Source: Eledone cirrhosa | Taxonomy: Eukaryota | Length of the DNA stretch: 64,000 nt | Assembly (NCBI GenBank): GCA_964016885.1 | Contig: OZ024741.1 | Location: 212,164,001-212,228,000, forward strand | Direction: 5' to 3' | Translations under genes and position numbers: made by a program | In this document: piece by piece, positions 13,400-27,024 of the stretch | How the letters are laid out: each line of letters opens with the position of its first letter | How positions within the stretch are numbered: position 1 is the stretch's first letter | Notes under the pieces: generated by a model | What the model was told of the DNA's origin: nothing | Seen by the model: only the letters and a program-made list of their open reading frames with translations | Databases searched by the model: none

Positions 13400-14245
13400 C
13401 TAATTTTGGCATAAGGCCCACAATTGTGGTCCAGGAGAAAGTCGATAAATTAGACCCCTGTTCTCGAATGGCACTTTACTATATCGACCCAGAAGGAGGA
13501 ACTTCAGTACCTAAGGATCCTTAAGCAAAAACCCGCAGGGATCTAGTGACTTCCAATCAATCCCCCTGTACTTGTAATTTTTCAGCCCCAGAATGTTGAC
13601 CTTGGCGAGATTCGAACTCAGACACGAAGGAGCTAGAACAAGTAGCCCCAATCCATTCTATCCGAAGCTTTAACAGCTTTGTTAAACCCCTACCCTGACA
13701 CTAACTGTTTTAACACTACAATTTGTTTTAATAATTGCTTTTACTTTTGGCAAACAGCTAGCAATTTGAAGGGGAGGGGGAAAGTCGACTAAATCGACCC
13801 CAGTGCGTTACTGGTACTTTATAAACTCCGTAATAATTGTTTCTACTTTTGACACAAGGCCAGCAATTATCCCATTGTATTACTGGTGCTTTATTTTGTC
13901 GACCCCGTAAGGATGAAAGGCAAAGTTAATCTCGGCGGGATTTGAACTCTGACCATAAAGGGCCGTACCTCTATGCGTCACAGCATGGAGTCCAATCCTC
14001 TACCGATAACTTCGTAATAATTGTTTCTACTTTAGGCATAAAGCCAGCAATTATCCAGTGCATTACTGGTACTTTATTTTATTGACCCCGTAAGGATGAA
14101 AGGCAACGTCAACCTCGGCGGGATTTGAACTCGGATCGTAAAGGGACGTAACTATGCTGGAAAGCATGGCGTCCGACCCTAATGTAAGGCAAAACTAATA
14201 TTAGCGGTATTTGAACTGAGGGCCGTTACAACATACCGTAAGATA
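13400..14245 (-). mobile_element. Cluster of 4-5 tRNA-derived SINEs (MetaSINE-like core)
   Basis: Repeated GACCCCGTAAGGATGAAAGGCAAAGTTAACCTCGGCGGGATTTGAACTC, the reverse complement of a B box plus GCCTTTCATCCTT..GGGGTCGATAAA core. Confidence 0.85.
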
Positions 14246-14888
14246 TTTTTTTCCGACACTCTCTATGATTCTGCTAATCCACCGCCGCCCTCACAAGTTG
14301 TGTTAAGAATAACAATTAAATAAGCAACAGTGTTGTAAACAGCAAGTTTTCAGATGATATTTATTCTCAGGCAATATCAATTTTCGTTATTACGATGAAG
14401 AAGTCTTAAAAAAAAGCAATCATTCTGAAAAATATTTACACACCAGAGATGAAATTTAATACATATTTTCTTTATCTTAGGATTGTTTTCGTGCAGTAAT
14501 GGTAAATTTTATTATCATCATTATTATTATTATTATTGTTATTATTTTTTTTTTTGTGATCTTATCAGTGAAAGTAATTTTTGAACTCAAGAACCAGTAA
14601 TGTAAGTACTCAGAGAAAACTGATACAACGACGTCCAGTTATTTCTTGTCCATAATTGTTGTATATGATAGGTGGAAGAGTGGCTGAGTGGTTTCAAACC
14701 CAGAACAGCTGCCCTCTAATGGCTGAAACTAGTAAAATAATTGTTTCTAACATTGGGGCAAGGTGTATGTGTGACAGCTCACACCTATGCAGGTTTAGCT
14801 GGCCTCCTCCAAGGTATATCTCGTGGGAGGTGTCAACGGTTCTGCTAATCCACAGTCTTGAAGACAATAAAATAACAGAACGAAAGAA

Positions 14889-15180
14889 GAGCGTGAAGGA
14901 GTTGAGTTCCTCTTGAGGTCCCAAACTTAGGCGGTGATTGTAGTTTGGTCGGATTTGTCCGGGTTTGTGATCGAGTGGTTATTGCTAAATTTTTGGGATG
15001 TCCTTCCGATATTCTCTGAAATAAGAAAGGTCGCAGGACTTATGTCCTCCTATGTATGAGCGCGCTCTCTGGAGGAATTCCCATTTGAGCGTGAAGGGGT
15101 TGAGTTCCTCTTGAGGTCCCAAACATAGGCGGTGTTTGTGGTTTGGTTGGATTTGTCCGGGCTTGTGATCGAGTGGTCTC
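14889..15180 (-). pseudogene. PLE GIY-YIG endonuclease remnant (Naiad-like CxLC tail), internally duplicated
   Basis: Minus strand DKSNQTTNTAYVWDLKRNSTP, frameshift, FTLKWEFLQRARSYIGGHKSCDL. About 90 bp is duplicated at 14889-14979 and 15087-15177. Confidence 0.65.
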
Positions 15181-16204
15181 TTATGTCTCTCTCTCTGTCT
15201 GTCTCTCCCTCTTCATCTCTCTGTCTGTCTTCTCTCGCTCCCACTCTATCTGTCTCCCTGTCCCTCTCTCTGTCTATGTCTTCTCTCTCTCTCTATCTAT
15301 CTGCATGTCTGTCTGTCTCTCCCTCTCTCGGCCTTGTGTCAAAAGTAGAAACAATTATTAAACAAGATCCGTCTTCAGTACGAAAGAATTATATTCAGTT
15401 ATGGCTCCTAAAAAGAAAGATGGAACAGGTTGGAAGCATTGTTCAACTCAGTATAACAGAAGAACCTGGAGAGATGTGGGAACCTCCGAGTTTAAAAGAT
15501 GCCCAAGATATGCCAGATATCACCTATCTTTACGGGGTCAATAAAATAAAGTACTAGTTATGAACTGAGAGTCGATTTAATCGACTGCCCTTCCTCCAAA
15601 TGAGGACCAGTAATAACTAGGGGGTTTAATCCTGTGATAGAGGGTCGCAAATTCTCCCAGTCGCTTACCGTTAAGGAAAACGGGATGAGCACCGGCCTGG
15701 TCAGCCTCCAGGCTTGAGACAGACTTTAGATTAGACAAGGCGGTGAATTGGCAGAACCATGAAAATTATTTGCAATTTTCGTTTCGGCTCTCTACTTTAA
15801 TTTCAATTCTCACCGAGGGCAACTTTGCCTATCATCCTTGGTCTCTCAGTTCAACCCCAGTAGCTGCTTAATATTTTATTTTAATGAACAGTCACTTTTT
15901 TATCAGCTTCAGTACTTTACTGGTATATTATTTTATCGAATTATTTACTTGACTGGAACTTTTTTATCGGACACTTAATTGGTAGAGTATTTTATAGATT
16001 CTGGAAGAATGACTGGCAACGTTGACCACAGCATTAAGATTTGAACTCAAAATTCAGTCAGGACAAACACAGCACAGCGTTTAATCCAATGTTCACTGTA
16101 ATGACCACCTATAATTATGGATTTATAATTTAGATACAGGGCTAACAAGTTTGGGAGAGGGAGATGTTGATGAAACCCACGGTAGTACTTAAGTGGCACT
16201 TAAT

Positions 16205-16420
16205 TAATGGTTTCTTATATAGGCATAAGGCCAGCAATTTTGTGGGAGCGGAAAGTCGATTAAACCGTACCGTGACTGGTACTTTCTTTTATCGACCCCG
16301 TAAGGATGAAAGGAAAAGTTAACCTCGGCGGGATTTGAACTCAGATCATAAAGGGCCGTAACTCTATACTGAAAAGCATAGCGTCCTATGCTCTACCGAT
16401 ACTGCCAATCCACTACCCTC
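16205..16420 (-). mobile_element. tRNA-SINE (Meta-like core), near full length
   Basis: Same family core. A box TGGCAGTATCGG and B box GTTCAAATCC on the minus strand. Confidence 0.85.
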
Positions 16421-17362
16421 GTGAAACCTATAATTAATAAGAATGGTTTTAATAATGTATACGAAGAGTACGTGCTGAATCCTAATCATCGCTGATTAAA
16501 AAAGAACCCGATAAGAATAAACACGAAGGATATTCATCTAAATTCTACATTCTAATTACGCTGCCATCTCGTATATAATATAGAAACATTAGTCGATGAT
16601 GTTTGAGAATTTTTTATATTGCTACAGTGTTTATCATAACGGCGTGTAAGTTGCCGTGTAGTTCTTTTAAATATTTATTCAAAACATGATGTTATTTATA
16701 TTTTATACTTGTGTAAGAGTGTCTTAGTGATTGTTATATTGAATAACAAGCAGTTATTGCACCTGAAACTCATTATGTGCTAACTTGTGTTGTATATATA
16801 TTTTCTTCAATCAGTTAATACACTTCTTCGTGGGGCTGGTTTATATATACGAGAATGTTGTTTAGCTTATCGAAAGCGGTTTGATCATTAGCAGCGTTAA
16901 ACACTCATCATAGCCCTTAAGAAATGCTGCCACCTTGGCAGAAAAACATAACGACAAACGATGGACCTTCACCGGTTTCGACGATGAGTGTTCCAGTTGT
17001 TCGATCATCAGAACAGCCGCCCCTTGAAACTATGCTGTAAGAGGAATAACTGAGCATCCCCCACAAAAGTAAATGACAGAATTAAGAAACAGATCAATAC
17101 AAAGTTCACGTCATTACGAGCCCCTACCGACTTGGTTTATATTCCGCTCATTAACAGCTTCTTCCATTGACCACGAGAGCCTTCCTTCAAAAATGAGGCT
17201 AAAGCTTCGCAACAACTCAGCAACTCATTTGTTTTTACGTATGTCTGACATTTTTTATGTTTCCTTTTATAATCCACAGTCTTTAATCTTATACAACCTT
17301 CATTAAACATTTAACCAGTTTCTTATTCATAAATACATTCTTCTTCTTCTCTTCTTGCTCTT

Positions 17363-17670
17363 GCTCAACGAGGTCGGGGTCATCTTAAGCCATCGATCCC
17401 ACACCTCTTCGTGCGTAGAGCCGATCACGCCCGCCAGCGCCCTCCATCGTGGTGAGGGGGCTTGTGTGTTCCGTGAATCCGAGATAGCGTTACCGTTTGG
17501 AGCTGTGCTCCTGGTAGGGCCACCCTAGGCGGGTCGGCCTCTTGGGAAGGTTCCAGACCAACAGTGACTCGCAGCTTGTCGGCTCGGCGCTAAGATGGCA
17601 GCCCCATCATCCGACTGTTCTGCGGAGGGCCAATAACTCGCCCAGAAAAACCATCAACCTGTTACAAGAC
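17363..17670 (+). mobile_element. RTE-clade LINE 5' UTR fragment
   Basis: CGTGGTGAGGGGGCTTGTGTG...CCTGGTAGGGCCACCC resembles Expander/BovB-type 5' regions; locally GC-rich. Confidence 0.6.
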
Positions 17671-18448
17671 TGATTAGATAAATACATTACCGCTTTGAAA
17701 TCCCATTGCACCTATGTTTCTCACCATCATTTAATCTGATAAAATTCAATTTAGATATCATCTACACTATTTTCCACAATGTAACATATATCTATATTAA
17801 ATTGAATTATTTTGATCTAAAATGTAAGATGTCTCTAAAGGCAAAAGCCTTTGTGGTCATACCGCCTCATCTTTGAAATTTTTGAAGTACGCACGAAAAA
17901 GTTACATATCGTATTGATAGAATCGCTAGTAAAAAGAAATTCTGTTCGCTTATTAAATACGAAATCTAAACTAACTTGACACAAAATCAATACACAATGC
18001 TTCGATTATGAATACGACATATTTCGTAATCCGTAGCGAAACATTAGCAGATGGGTCTCGTGGCTATTACAGATAACAGATTATGAATAGCGTTGTGATA
18101 TTAATGGATAATAGATTAAAAATGGCGTGGTTATAACTCAGTCGCGGTTGAATGGTAATAAGGGAATTTATCTGAGATATCTCTACACAGAATTTAACGT
18201 GGGAAATATTCCCTTTTATAGGAATAAAATGGAGTAAGATTTAATTAACGAAAGATTTGGTCACGAGACAAAAGGGGGGAAATAATGAAGATAATTGGTG
18301 TAGTCGTGTTTATGATTTTTGTGTTTGTTAATGAGGGAAAATCAGTTTAGATATCGATTACTCATGCACGTGTGTGTATGCTTGTGTATGGGTTTATATA
18401 TATAAGGTGTATGAGTGAATATATATTATATTGGGTTTGTGTGTATGA

Positions 18449-18505
<57 letters not shown>

Positions 18506-18638
18506 AAAGGTGTATTAGTGTGCGTGTTTATCAATTTATGGGTAAGACTGTTGAGGCAAATGATGCCAGTTAGAGACAAATTTTGATTTTATGGAATTAT
18601 ACACACACACTCACACACACATATATATATAGAGAGGA

Positions 18639-18674
<36 letters not shown>

Positions 18675-19049
18675 GAATGACTGGATCAAGTAAAAGAATT
18701 ATATACATATATATATATATATATAAAGTGTCAGAACGTAGATTATTCTCTTAAAGAACCTACAATGATGGAGAGTGTGAATGTATGTAAGTTTACGTGT
18801 TTATGAAGTAATTAGAGATATCATGCATGGCCGTGTGGTTAAGAGGAGTTCACTTCATAGCCACATGGCTTCGTGTTCAGTGGCACTCCGTGAAACTTCG
18901 AGCAAGCGTCTTCTACTATAGTTTTTGATTGACCAATGCCTTATGACTTAAATTGGTAGATAGAAACCGTGAAAATGCCTATTATATATGTCGAGAGTGA
19001 GAGAGGCTGCAGTGCTGAGACGGAGGAGACCACTAATCTCGAAAACGCA

Positions 19050-19655
19050 TGCTGGGAATGTCGATTAAATCGACCCCAATGCAATAATATTACTTTATTT
19101 TATCGACCCCCCATAAGGAAGAAAGGCAAAGCTACCCTTGGCAGGATTTGAACTGAGATTGTAAAGGGACGTAACCGTATGCCATAGAACATATTGTCTG
19201 AAGTTCTACCGATACTGCCAATCCAACGTACTCCCAAAGTACGGCGGTGGATTGGCAAAATTAGCAAAGCGTCGGACAACATGCTTTTTACAGCATAGAG
19301 TTATTTCCCTTTACATTCTGAATTCTGTTGAGGATATCTTTATAATAAAGTACTAGTAATGTACTGGGGTAGATTGAATCGAATTTCCTTCCCTCAAAAC
19401 CTTTTGGTCTTGTACTTAAATCATAAACCATTATTAGGGCAGTGGATTGAGAGAATCGCTAGATCGTCGGACAACAGGCTTTTTGGCATATAGTTACGGC
19501 CCTTTACGATCTGAGTTCACATCCTGCTGAGATTAGCTTTGTCGTTCATCCTTACTGGGTCGATAAAATAAAGTACCAGATACGTACTAAGGTCGATTTA
19601 ATCGATTTCCCTTCCCCCAAAATTGCTGGCCTTGTGCCTAAATCAGAAACCAATA
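19050..19655. mobile_element. Three adjacent Meta-like SINEs (one minus, two plus)
   Basis: Family motifs at 19050-19230(-), 19240-19430(+) and 19435-19655(+). Confidence 0.8.
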
Positions 19656-19859
19656 TTAAGAAGTATGTAACACGATCACGTGACCATGGAAAGATTGAAT
19701 GACGTGGTTAGTGTTAATCTAACACTAATTGATAACATAAAATTGTTACGATGGATATATGGTGGGAAGACATCTATCGTAGATATGGAAGCCGTGTCTG
19801 AGATGAACAAGTTGGATGGCGATAGATGGCGATAGATGATAGCAAACAAAGAGAGAGAG

Positions 19860-19899
<40 letters not shown>

Positions 19900-20275
19900 G
19901 GGGGTAGCATAAACGGAAAGCGGCTGAAGAGTGTTGGAATGAATGAAGATAGATGACACAAGATCCATCTACTTGGTGACATTTCATCAACCCCAAAGTG
20001 CACTATATATGTGAAAGTGTTACAAGAGTATATTTGTGTTTTACTGTTTAGTCATGAAGGTGAGAGCAGCGTCAATGACTCTTTTTAGGGTCTCCGTCTC
20101 TTGAAGGAGGAAGGAAAGGAAGTAAACAGGCAAGAAGTGAAGAAATTATCTTCAAGCGGAAGACCAGGTCCGAAAGATGGGGAGAGCTGGAGAAAGACGG
20201 TGTCTGTGACAATGGGGGTTTGGTTCCATTTTGTTCGGACCTGGTATATATGCATATGTTTATTTACCACACCCC

Positions 20276-22870
20276 AGTTGTATGTTGCAGCAGGGTAGAC
20301 CTTGTCAAGTTGTATGTTGCAGCAGGGTAGACCTTGTCAAGTTGTATGTTGCAGCAGGGTAGACCTTGTCAAGTTGTATGTTGCAGCAGGGTAGACCTTG
20401 CTAAGTTGTATGTTGCAGCAGGGTAGACCTTGTCAAGTTGTATGTTGCAGCAGGGTAGACCTTGTCAAGTTGTATGTTGCAGCAGGGTAGACCTTGCTAA
20501 GTTGTATGTTGCAGCAGGGTAGACCTTGTCAAGTTGTATGTTGCAGCAGGGTAAACCTTGCTAAGTTGTATGTTGCAGCAGGGTAGACCTTGTCAAGTTG
20601 TATGTTGCAGCAGAGTAGACCTTGCTAAGTTGTATGTTGCAGCAGGGTAGACCTTGTCAAGTTGTATGTTGCAGCAGGGTAAACCTTGCTAAGTTGTATG
20701 TTGCAGCAGGGTAGACCTTGTCAAGTTGTATGTTGCAATAGGGTAGACCTTGTCAAGTTGTATGTTGCAATAGGGTAGACCTTGTCAAGTTGTATGTTGC
20801 AGCAGGGTAGACCTTGTCAAGTTGTATGTTGCAGCAGGGTAGACCTTGTCAAGTTGTATGTTGCAGCAGGGTAGACCTTGTCAAGTTGTATGTTGCAGCA
20901 GGGTAGACCTTGCTAAGTTGTATGTTGCAGCAGGGTAGACCTTGTCAAGGTGTATGTTGCAGCAGGGTAGACCTTGCTAAGTTGTATGTTGCAGCAGGGT
21001 AGACCTTGTCAAGTTGTATGTTGCAGCAGGGTAGACCTTGTCAAGTTGTATGTTGCAGCAGGGTAGACCTTGCTAAGTTGTATGTTGCAATAGGGTAGAC
21101 CTTGTCAAGTTGTATGTTGCAGCAGGGTAGACCTTGTCAAGTTGTATGTTGCAATAGGGTAGACCTTGTCAAGTTGTATGTTGCAGCAGGGTAGACCTTG
21201 CTAAGTTGTATGTTGCAGCAGGGTAGACCTTGTCAAGTTGTATGTTGCAATAGGGTAGACCTTGTCAAGTTGTATGTTGCAGCAGGGTAGACCTTGCTAA
21301 GTTGTATGTTGCAATAGGGTAGACCTTGTCAAGTTGTATGTTGCAGCAGGGTAGACCTTGCTAAGTTGTATGTTGCAGCAGGGTAGACCTTGTCAAGTTG
21401 TATGTTGCAGCAGGGTAAACCTTGCTAAGTTGTATGTTGTAGCAGGGTAGACCTTGTCAAGTTGTATGTTGCAATAGGGTAGACCTTGTCAAGTTGTATG
21501 TTGCAGCAGGGTAAACCTTGCTAAGTTGTATGTTGCAGCAGGGTAGACCTTGTCAAGTTGTATGTTGCAATAGGTTAGACCTTGTCAAGTTGTATGTTGC
21601 AGCAGGGTAGACCTTGCTAAGTTCTATGTTGCAGCAGGGTAGACCTTGTCAAGTTGTATGTTGCAGCAGGGTAGACCTTGCTAAGTTGTATGTTGCAGCA
21701 GGGTAGACCTTGCTAAGTTGTATGTTGTAGCAGGGTAGACCTTGTCAAGTTGTATGTTGCAGCAGGGTAAACCTTGCTAAGTTGTATGTTGCAGCAGGGT
21801 AGACCTTGTCAAGTTGTATGTTGCAATAGGGTAGACCTTGTCAAGTTGTATGTTGCAATAGGGTAGACCTTGTCAAGTTGTATGTTGCAGCAGGGTAGAC
21901 CTTGCTAAGTTGTATGTTGCAGCAGGGTAGACCTTGTCAAGTTGTATGTTGCAGCAGGGTCGACCTTGTCAAGTTGTATGTTGCAGCAGGGTAGACCTTG
22001 CTAAGTTGTATGTTGCAGCAGGGTAGACCTTGTCAAGTTGTATGTTGCAGCAGGGTAGACCTTGCTAAGTTGTATGTTGCAGCAGGGTAGACCTTGTCAA
22101 GTTGTATGTTGCAGCAGGGTAGACCTTGTCAAGTTGTATGTTGCAGCAGGGTAGACCTTGCTAAGTTGTATGTTGCAATAGGGTAGACCTTGTCAAGTTG
22201 TATGTTGCAATAGGGTAGACCTTGTCAAGTTGTATGTTGCAATAGGGTAGACCTTGTCAAGTTGTATGTTGCAATAGGGTAGACCTTGCTAAGTTGTATG
22301 TTGCAATAGGGTAGACCTTGTCAAGTTGTATGTTGCAGCAGGGTAGACCTTGCTAAGTTGTATGTTGCAGCAGGGTAGACCTTGTCAAGTTGTATGTTGC
22401 AATAGGGTAGACCTTGTCAAGTTGTATGTTGCAGCAGGGTAGACCTTGCTAAGTTGTATGTTGCAGCAGGGTAGACCTTGTCAAGTTGTATGTTGCAGCA
22501 GGGTAGACCTTGTCAAGTTGTATGTTGCAGCAGGGTAGACCTTGCTAGGTTGTATGTTGCAATAGGGTAGACCTTGTCAAGTTGTATGTTGCAGCAGGGT
22601 AGACCTTGTCAAGTTGTATGTTGCAGCAGGGTAGACCTTGTCAAGTTGTATGTTGCAGCAGGGTAGACCTTGTCAAGTTGTATGTTGCAATAGGGTAGAC
22701 CTTGTCAAGTTGTATGTTGCAGCAGGGTAGACCTTGCTAAGTTGTATGTTGCAGCAGGGTAGACCTTGCTAAGTTGTATGTTGCAGCAGGGTAGACCTTG
22801 TCAAGTTGTATGTTGCAATAGGGTAGACCTCGCTAAGTTGTATGTTGCAGCAGGGTAGACCTCGCTAAGT
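20276..22870. repeat. 32-bp minisatellite, about 81 copies
   Basis: GTTGTATGTTGCA(GC/AT)AGGGTAGACCTTG(TC/CT)AA; exact 32-nt period with no spacers. Confidence 0.97.
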
Positions 22871-22924
22871 ATACCCCAATGCCAGAGATGATATCAACGG
22901 TTGTATACTATGCTATAATGAAGT

Positions 22925-23115
22925 TGCGTAGCTTAAGTTTGAAGACTTTCGGCCGGTGATTGCAAGGTCGTGGGTGTGATTACCACTGGTGCATTGTGTT
23001 TCCTTGAGCAAGACTCTTTATTTCACACTGCTCCAGTTCACTCAACTGAAATTTCTATTCAAAGAGCCGGCGTTGTCACATACTATGTCACGCTACACCT
23101 CTATGAGAACTTCCT
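22925..23115 (+). mobile_element. Second tRNA-SINE family (CORE-like), degenerate
   Basis: TTCCTTGAGCAAGAC..TATTTCAC..GCTCCAGTTCACTCA, shared with 29.5-30.5 kb and 61.2 kb. Confidence 0.7.
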
Positions 23116-25147
23116 TAAACACAGACGTGCGTGTGTGTGTGTGAGATCTCCCACCCACCTTGTGGTAGGTGTGAGATGTCTTCTCTTGTGAAAATGGGTA
23201 TAGCTTTCATTACGTAAAAACTTTTCATTTTGTCACATCTCTCCCCGTGTGGGGACTCATTTTATCATGGTACTCCCCGTTTAGGTTTTTAGAGGTTGGC
23301 AGGTCTAATGCGTATGCGTGGTATACTCAGCCACCTCCAAGTACATTTCACTAACTATTTGTACCAGTGGCCAAACACCTTCACCACTCGTCGTCGGAAC
23401 CACCAGATATCCAACAGCAACATAACATGCTATAATTTGCTCCTCTATATCTTTATAGCTATTTACTGTTATGTACATATCTTCTCTATCTTTCGCTATA
23501 CACAGTACACATACAGCTATGTTATGTTTTCTTGTTTTCGTTCTAAGTATCATTTATTTTGGAAAAGCCAAGAAAGAATCAAGATATTTTAAAACTACAT
23601 AATAAACAAACTTATATAATAATATTCTGAACACGTAGCTCCACAATAAAATTTTATTTGTTTACTAAAACCAAGTTCACACTGTATATTTAAATGTCGA
23701 AATGTCGCAAATAATTTTTATTTATTTTATTTTTGTTCATTGAAATTACTTCTGTGCAGTGTGTATCGCAGTAACAAACCGTTATATGTGTTGGCCAATA
23801 TTCAAAATGTATATGTTTCGTGTGTGTTGTAATTAATAAAGAGAACAGGGAGAAATTTATCGGCTGCTAGTTCCCAACACGACAGACATTCTTATATCAA
23901 CTGTAACACTTTAACAATAATAAGTATGTACACGACGTTAGTTTGACGTGTTAAAACTATAGCATTGAAATAATATGCTATGTTAAAATGTCTGTATGTT
24001 TTTGTCTCGACTTTTATGAATAATACATTCTTAGCATTTAAAACTATCGACCACCAACTCTTGATTCTTTTCTAACTGAAATTTTGTATCATTTCTAAAA
24101 CGAAAATATACATTAACGAAAAATAAAGAAAAATAATCTACGAAACCAAAAGAAAAAAGAAAAAAGTTGTCGAACTAATACGTGGAAATCGGAAGCAGCT
24201 ATAATTTTAGACATGTTTCACATGGAAATACCACGTATTATATGTCATTAGACGATGTAGAAAAGCTGTAATCTTTCTACGGTATTCGTTATCCAATAGT
24301 TATTTGCGTAAATATATTTATGGCTACACGAAATATGTTTACTATTAGTATGAAATGTTTAAGTACCGTCTCACTGTACGACTATTTACCAGATATGACA
24401 AAATAAAATAGACACAAAACAAAATAAAAGGAAACGAATATATGAAATTTGAAATGTGTGCGTCCTGACGGAAATGACTACAGTAACAGTCGATTGCTAT
24501 TTATGATAGTTTAGAAAATCGAGTAAAGTAGCACTGGAAGGGGAATAAAAGTGGACATAGGTAGCAACGAGAAATCGAACCTTGCATCTCTCGGATGCCG
24601 GGTGAGTGCGTTAAAAGTCTAAAGTCTGTGTCGAGCCCTGAGGCTCATCAGGCCGGTGCTTATCTCAATCTCCATAGCATTAAACGACAGAGAGAACAAG
24701 ACTTCCTACTGGAAAAGGAGGCAGTCCATAGGAGGATTAAGCGCCCAGCTATTGTTGGTGCTCATTCTCCATTGAGTATACTGGGGCAACATGAAATGAA
24801 ATATTTTGCTCAAGAACACAACCCAATCCAGGTCTCGAATCCACGACGTTATGAACGTAAGGCTAACACAATTACCACCACACTAAAGAGCCACTCGTCA
24901 ACAAAATCCGTCTTTTTGAAAGATATTAAATTGGTAATTAGAAGTTTAAACAAAACGGTTAAATTAAGAAACAGACGCACACACACACACGCACGCACAC
25001 ACACACATACACACATGCGATTCCAAATGGTTCCTCACTCTATCAAATTTCACATAAAAGATATTCGTGAAACCAAGGTTATATTAGAAGATTTCCAGGC
25101 AGTGGGAGTGAAACCAAAACCAGGTGATTGCGAAGCAAACTCCTTAC

Positions 25148-25652
25148 CCTCACAACTATACCTTCACCTATATTTACAGAGAGTTATAAGTTAACCTCAC
25201 AGCCATACCTACACCTATATCTACAGAGATTTATAAGCTAACCTCACAGCCATACCTGCACCTATATCTACAGAGATTCATAAGTTAACCTCACAGCCAT
25301 ACCTACACCTATATCTACAGAGATTCATAAGTTAACCTCACACCATACCTACACCTATATCTACAGAGATTCATAAGCTAACCTCACAGCCATACCTACA
25401 CCTTTATCTACAGAGATTCATAAGCTAACCTCACAGCCATACCTGCACCTATATCTACAGAGATTCATAAGTTAACCTCACAGCCATACCTACACCTATA
25501 TCTACAGAGATTCATAAGTTAACCTCACAGCCATACCTGCACCTTTATCTACAGAGATTCATAAGTTAACCTCACAGCCATACCTGCACCTTTATCTACA
25601 GAGATTCATAAGTTAACCTCACAGCCATACCTATATCTACAGAGATTTATAA
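25148..25652. repeat. 47-bp tandem repeat, about 10.7 copies
   Basis: CCTCACAGCCATACCTACACCTATATCTACAGAGATTCATAAGTTAA. Confidence 0.95.
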
Positions 25653-25714
25653 TGTCACTGCCCAGCCAAACTTACCAGCTGAATACTACTTTTGGGAACA
25701 TTTTAGGACATTTT

Positions 25715-26170
25715 ACTGTCACACTAAGTCTTTCAGAGAATTACCTTCAAAGTACACTTGTATATAGAATACTCAGACATTCTAAGGGTGGTGCCCCAGC
25801 ATGGCCTCAGCCGGGTGGCTGGAACAGGCAAAAGAGTAAAAGAGTATACCCTATACTATAGACTATACCTGTATGTCCAGCTTGTCACACGCTGTTTCAT
25901 TAAATCTTCCTGAGAATTACGTTAAGAATATAAATGTTTGTGGAATACACAGTGACACACACTATAAGATGGACTGTACTTGTAATTCACATGGCCAGCC
26001 TTGTTCCACAGCATCACACTGGATCTCCCTGAGAATTACGTTAAGAGTACACGTGTCTGTGAACACTATGATATATGATTATATATGATTATATCTGTAA
26101 TTTAAACGACTAATCTAGTGTCACACTGCGTCATGCTGGATCTTCCTGAGAATTAGGTTAATGATACACT
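25715..26170 (+). repeat. Tandemly reiterated SINE-body fragments
   Basis: (C/T)C(T/A)GAGAATTA(C/G)(G/C)TT motif at about 25735, 25910, 26029 and 26145. Confidence 0.6.
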
Positions 26171-27024
26171 TTCCTTCTAATTTATCTTGATCGAACAACT
26201 CGAATACTTTTCATCGTCGAAACTGACTGGGGTCCAGCACTCACGTGTCTCTCGTATGTTTAGACACGTGCATGCTTATTTCACAAGTAGGCTGATTGTT
26301 GCGTTGAATGAACAACAAAAGTACTAATCATAGTCGAAACCAGCGGAGGTCAATCCATTCCTTCCTTTTCTTTTCTTTTTTTCTTCTTTCCTTCCGTGAG
26401 CGAGTGAGTGCTTATCTAAATCCCATGCGAAATCTCTTATCAGTGTAAGAATTTATGAACTACTAACAATGACTAATACATGTGAAACGAAGTAAAACGA
26501 ACAATTCTCCTGCGATGTAATAAATGAGCTTTCTCCTAATGATATGGTAACTTTCTATTAATTTCTTAAGCAATCCGTTTATCAATGGAAGTCTCCGGAG
26601 AAACTACGTTATTGTTCCTACACCAGATCGTCTCAATAACACGCTATTACCACGAAACATTACCAACGAACAAATGATATTAATTCTTTCTGTCCACATT
26701 CAGTAGACAAACCCGGTTTTATTTCTCATAACATGGGAGAATTTTTTTTATTTTCTTTATTTTTAATAAAAATATAAATTAGATACAGAATTAAATTACA
26801 TTTAAATTTAATTGTCTGTATTATTTACACTGAAGAATTTGTCTGTGTAAAATTGAAAAGTATTTGCTGACTGCATGAACAGGATTAAACAGGTCTCAAC
26901 GCTGCAATCGTTTCTGAGTATAACAGAAAACATTTGCTTCCCCCTCTCTCAGTAGCTGCTAAATAAACTACACCAAATTTTACTGTGGGTATGTGCTTAG
27001 AACGTCTCAGTAAATAATGGCAGA

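Noticed and set aside
14465-14510. Possible 21-nt micro-exon (TTAG|GATTG...AATG|GTAAAT)
   Set aside because: Splice-like signals alone are too common to call without transcript evidence.
20276-22870. CRISPR-like 32-bp repeats
   Set aside because: Units are contiguous with no unique spacers, there are no cas genes, and the context is eukaryotic.
24550-24615. tRNA-like sequence on the minus strand (B box GGTTCGATTTC)
   Set aside because: Only a T-arm/anticodon-like part is present; more likely a SINE head than a tRNA gene.
24595-25194. 199-aa ORF
   Set aside because: It spans SINE-like fragments and a CA run; no recognisable domain.
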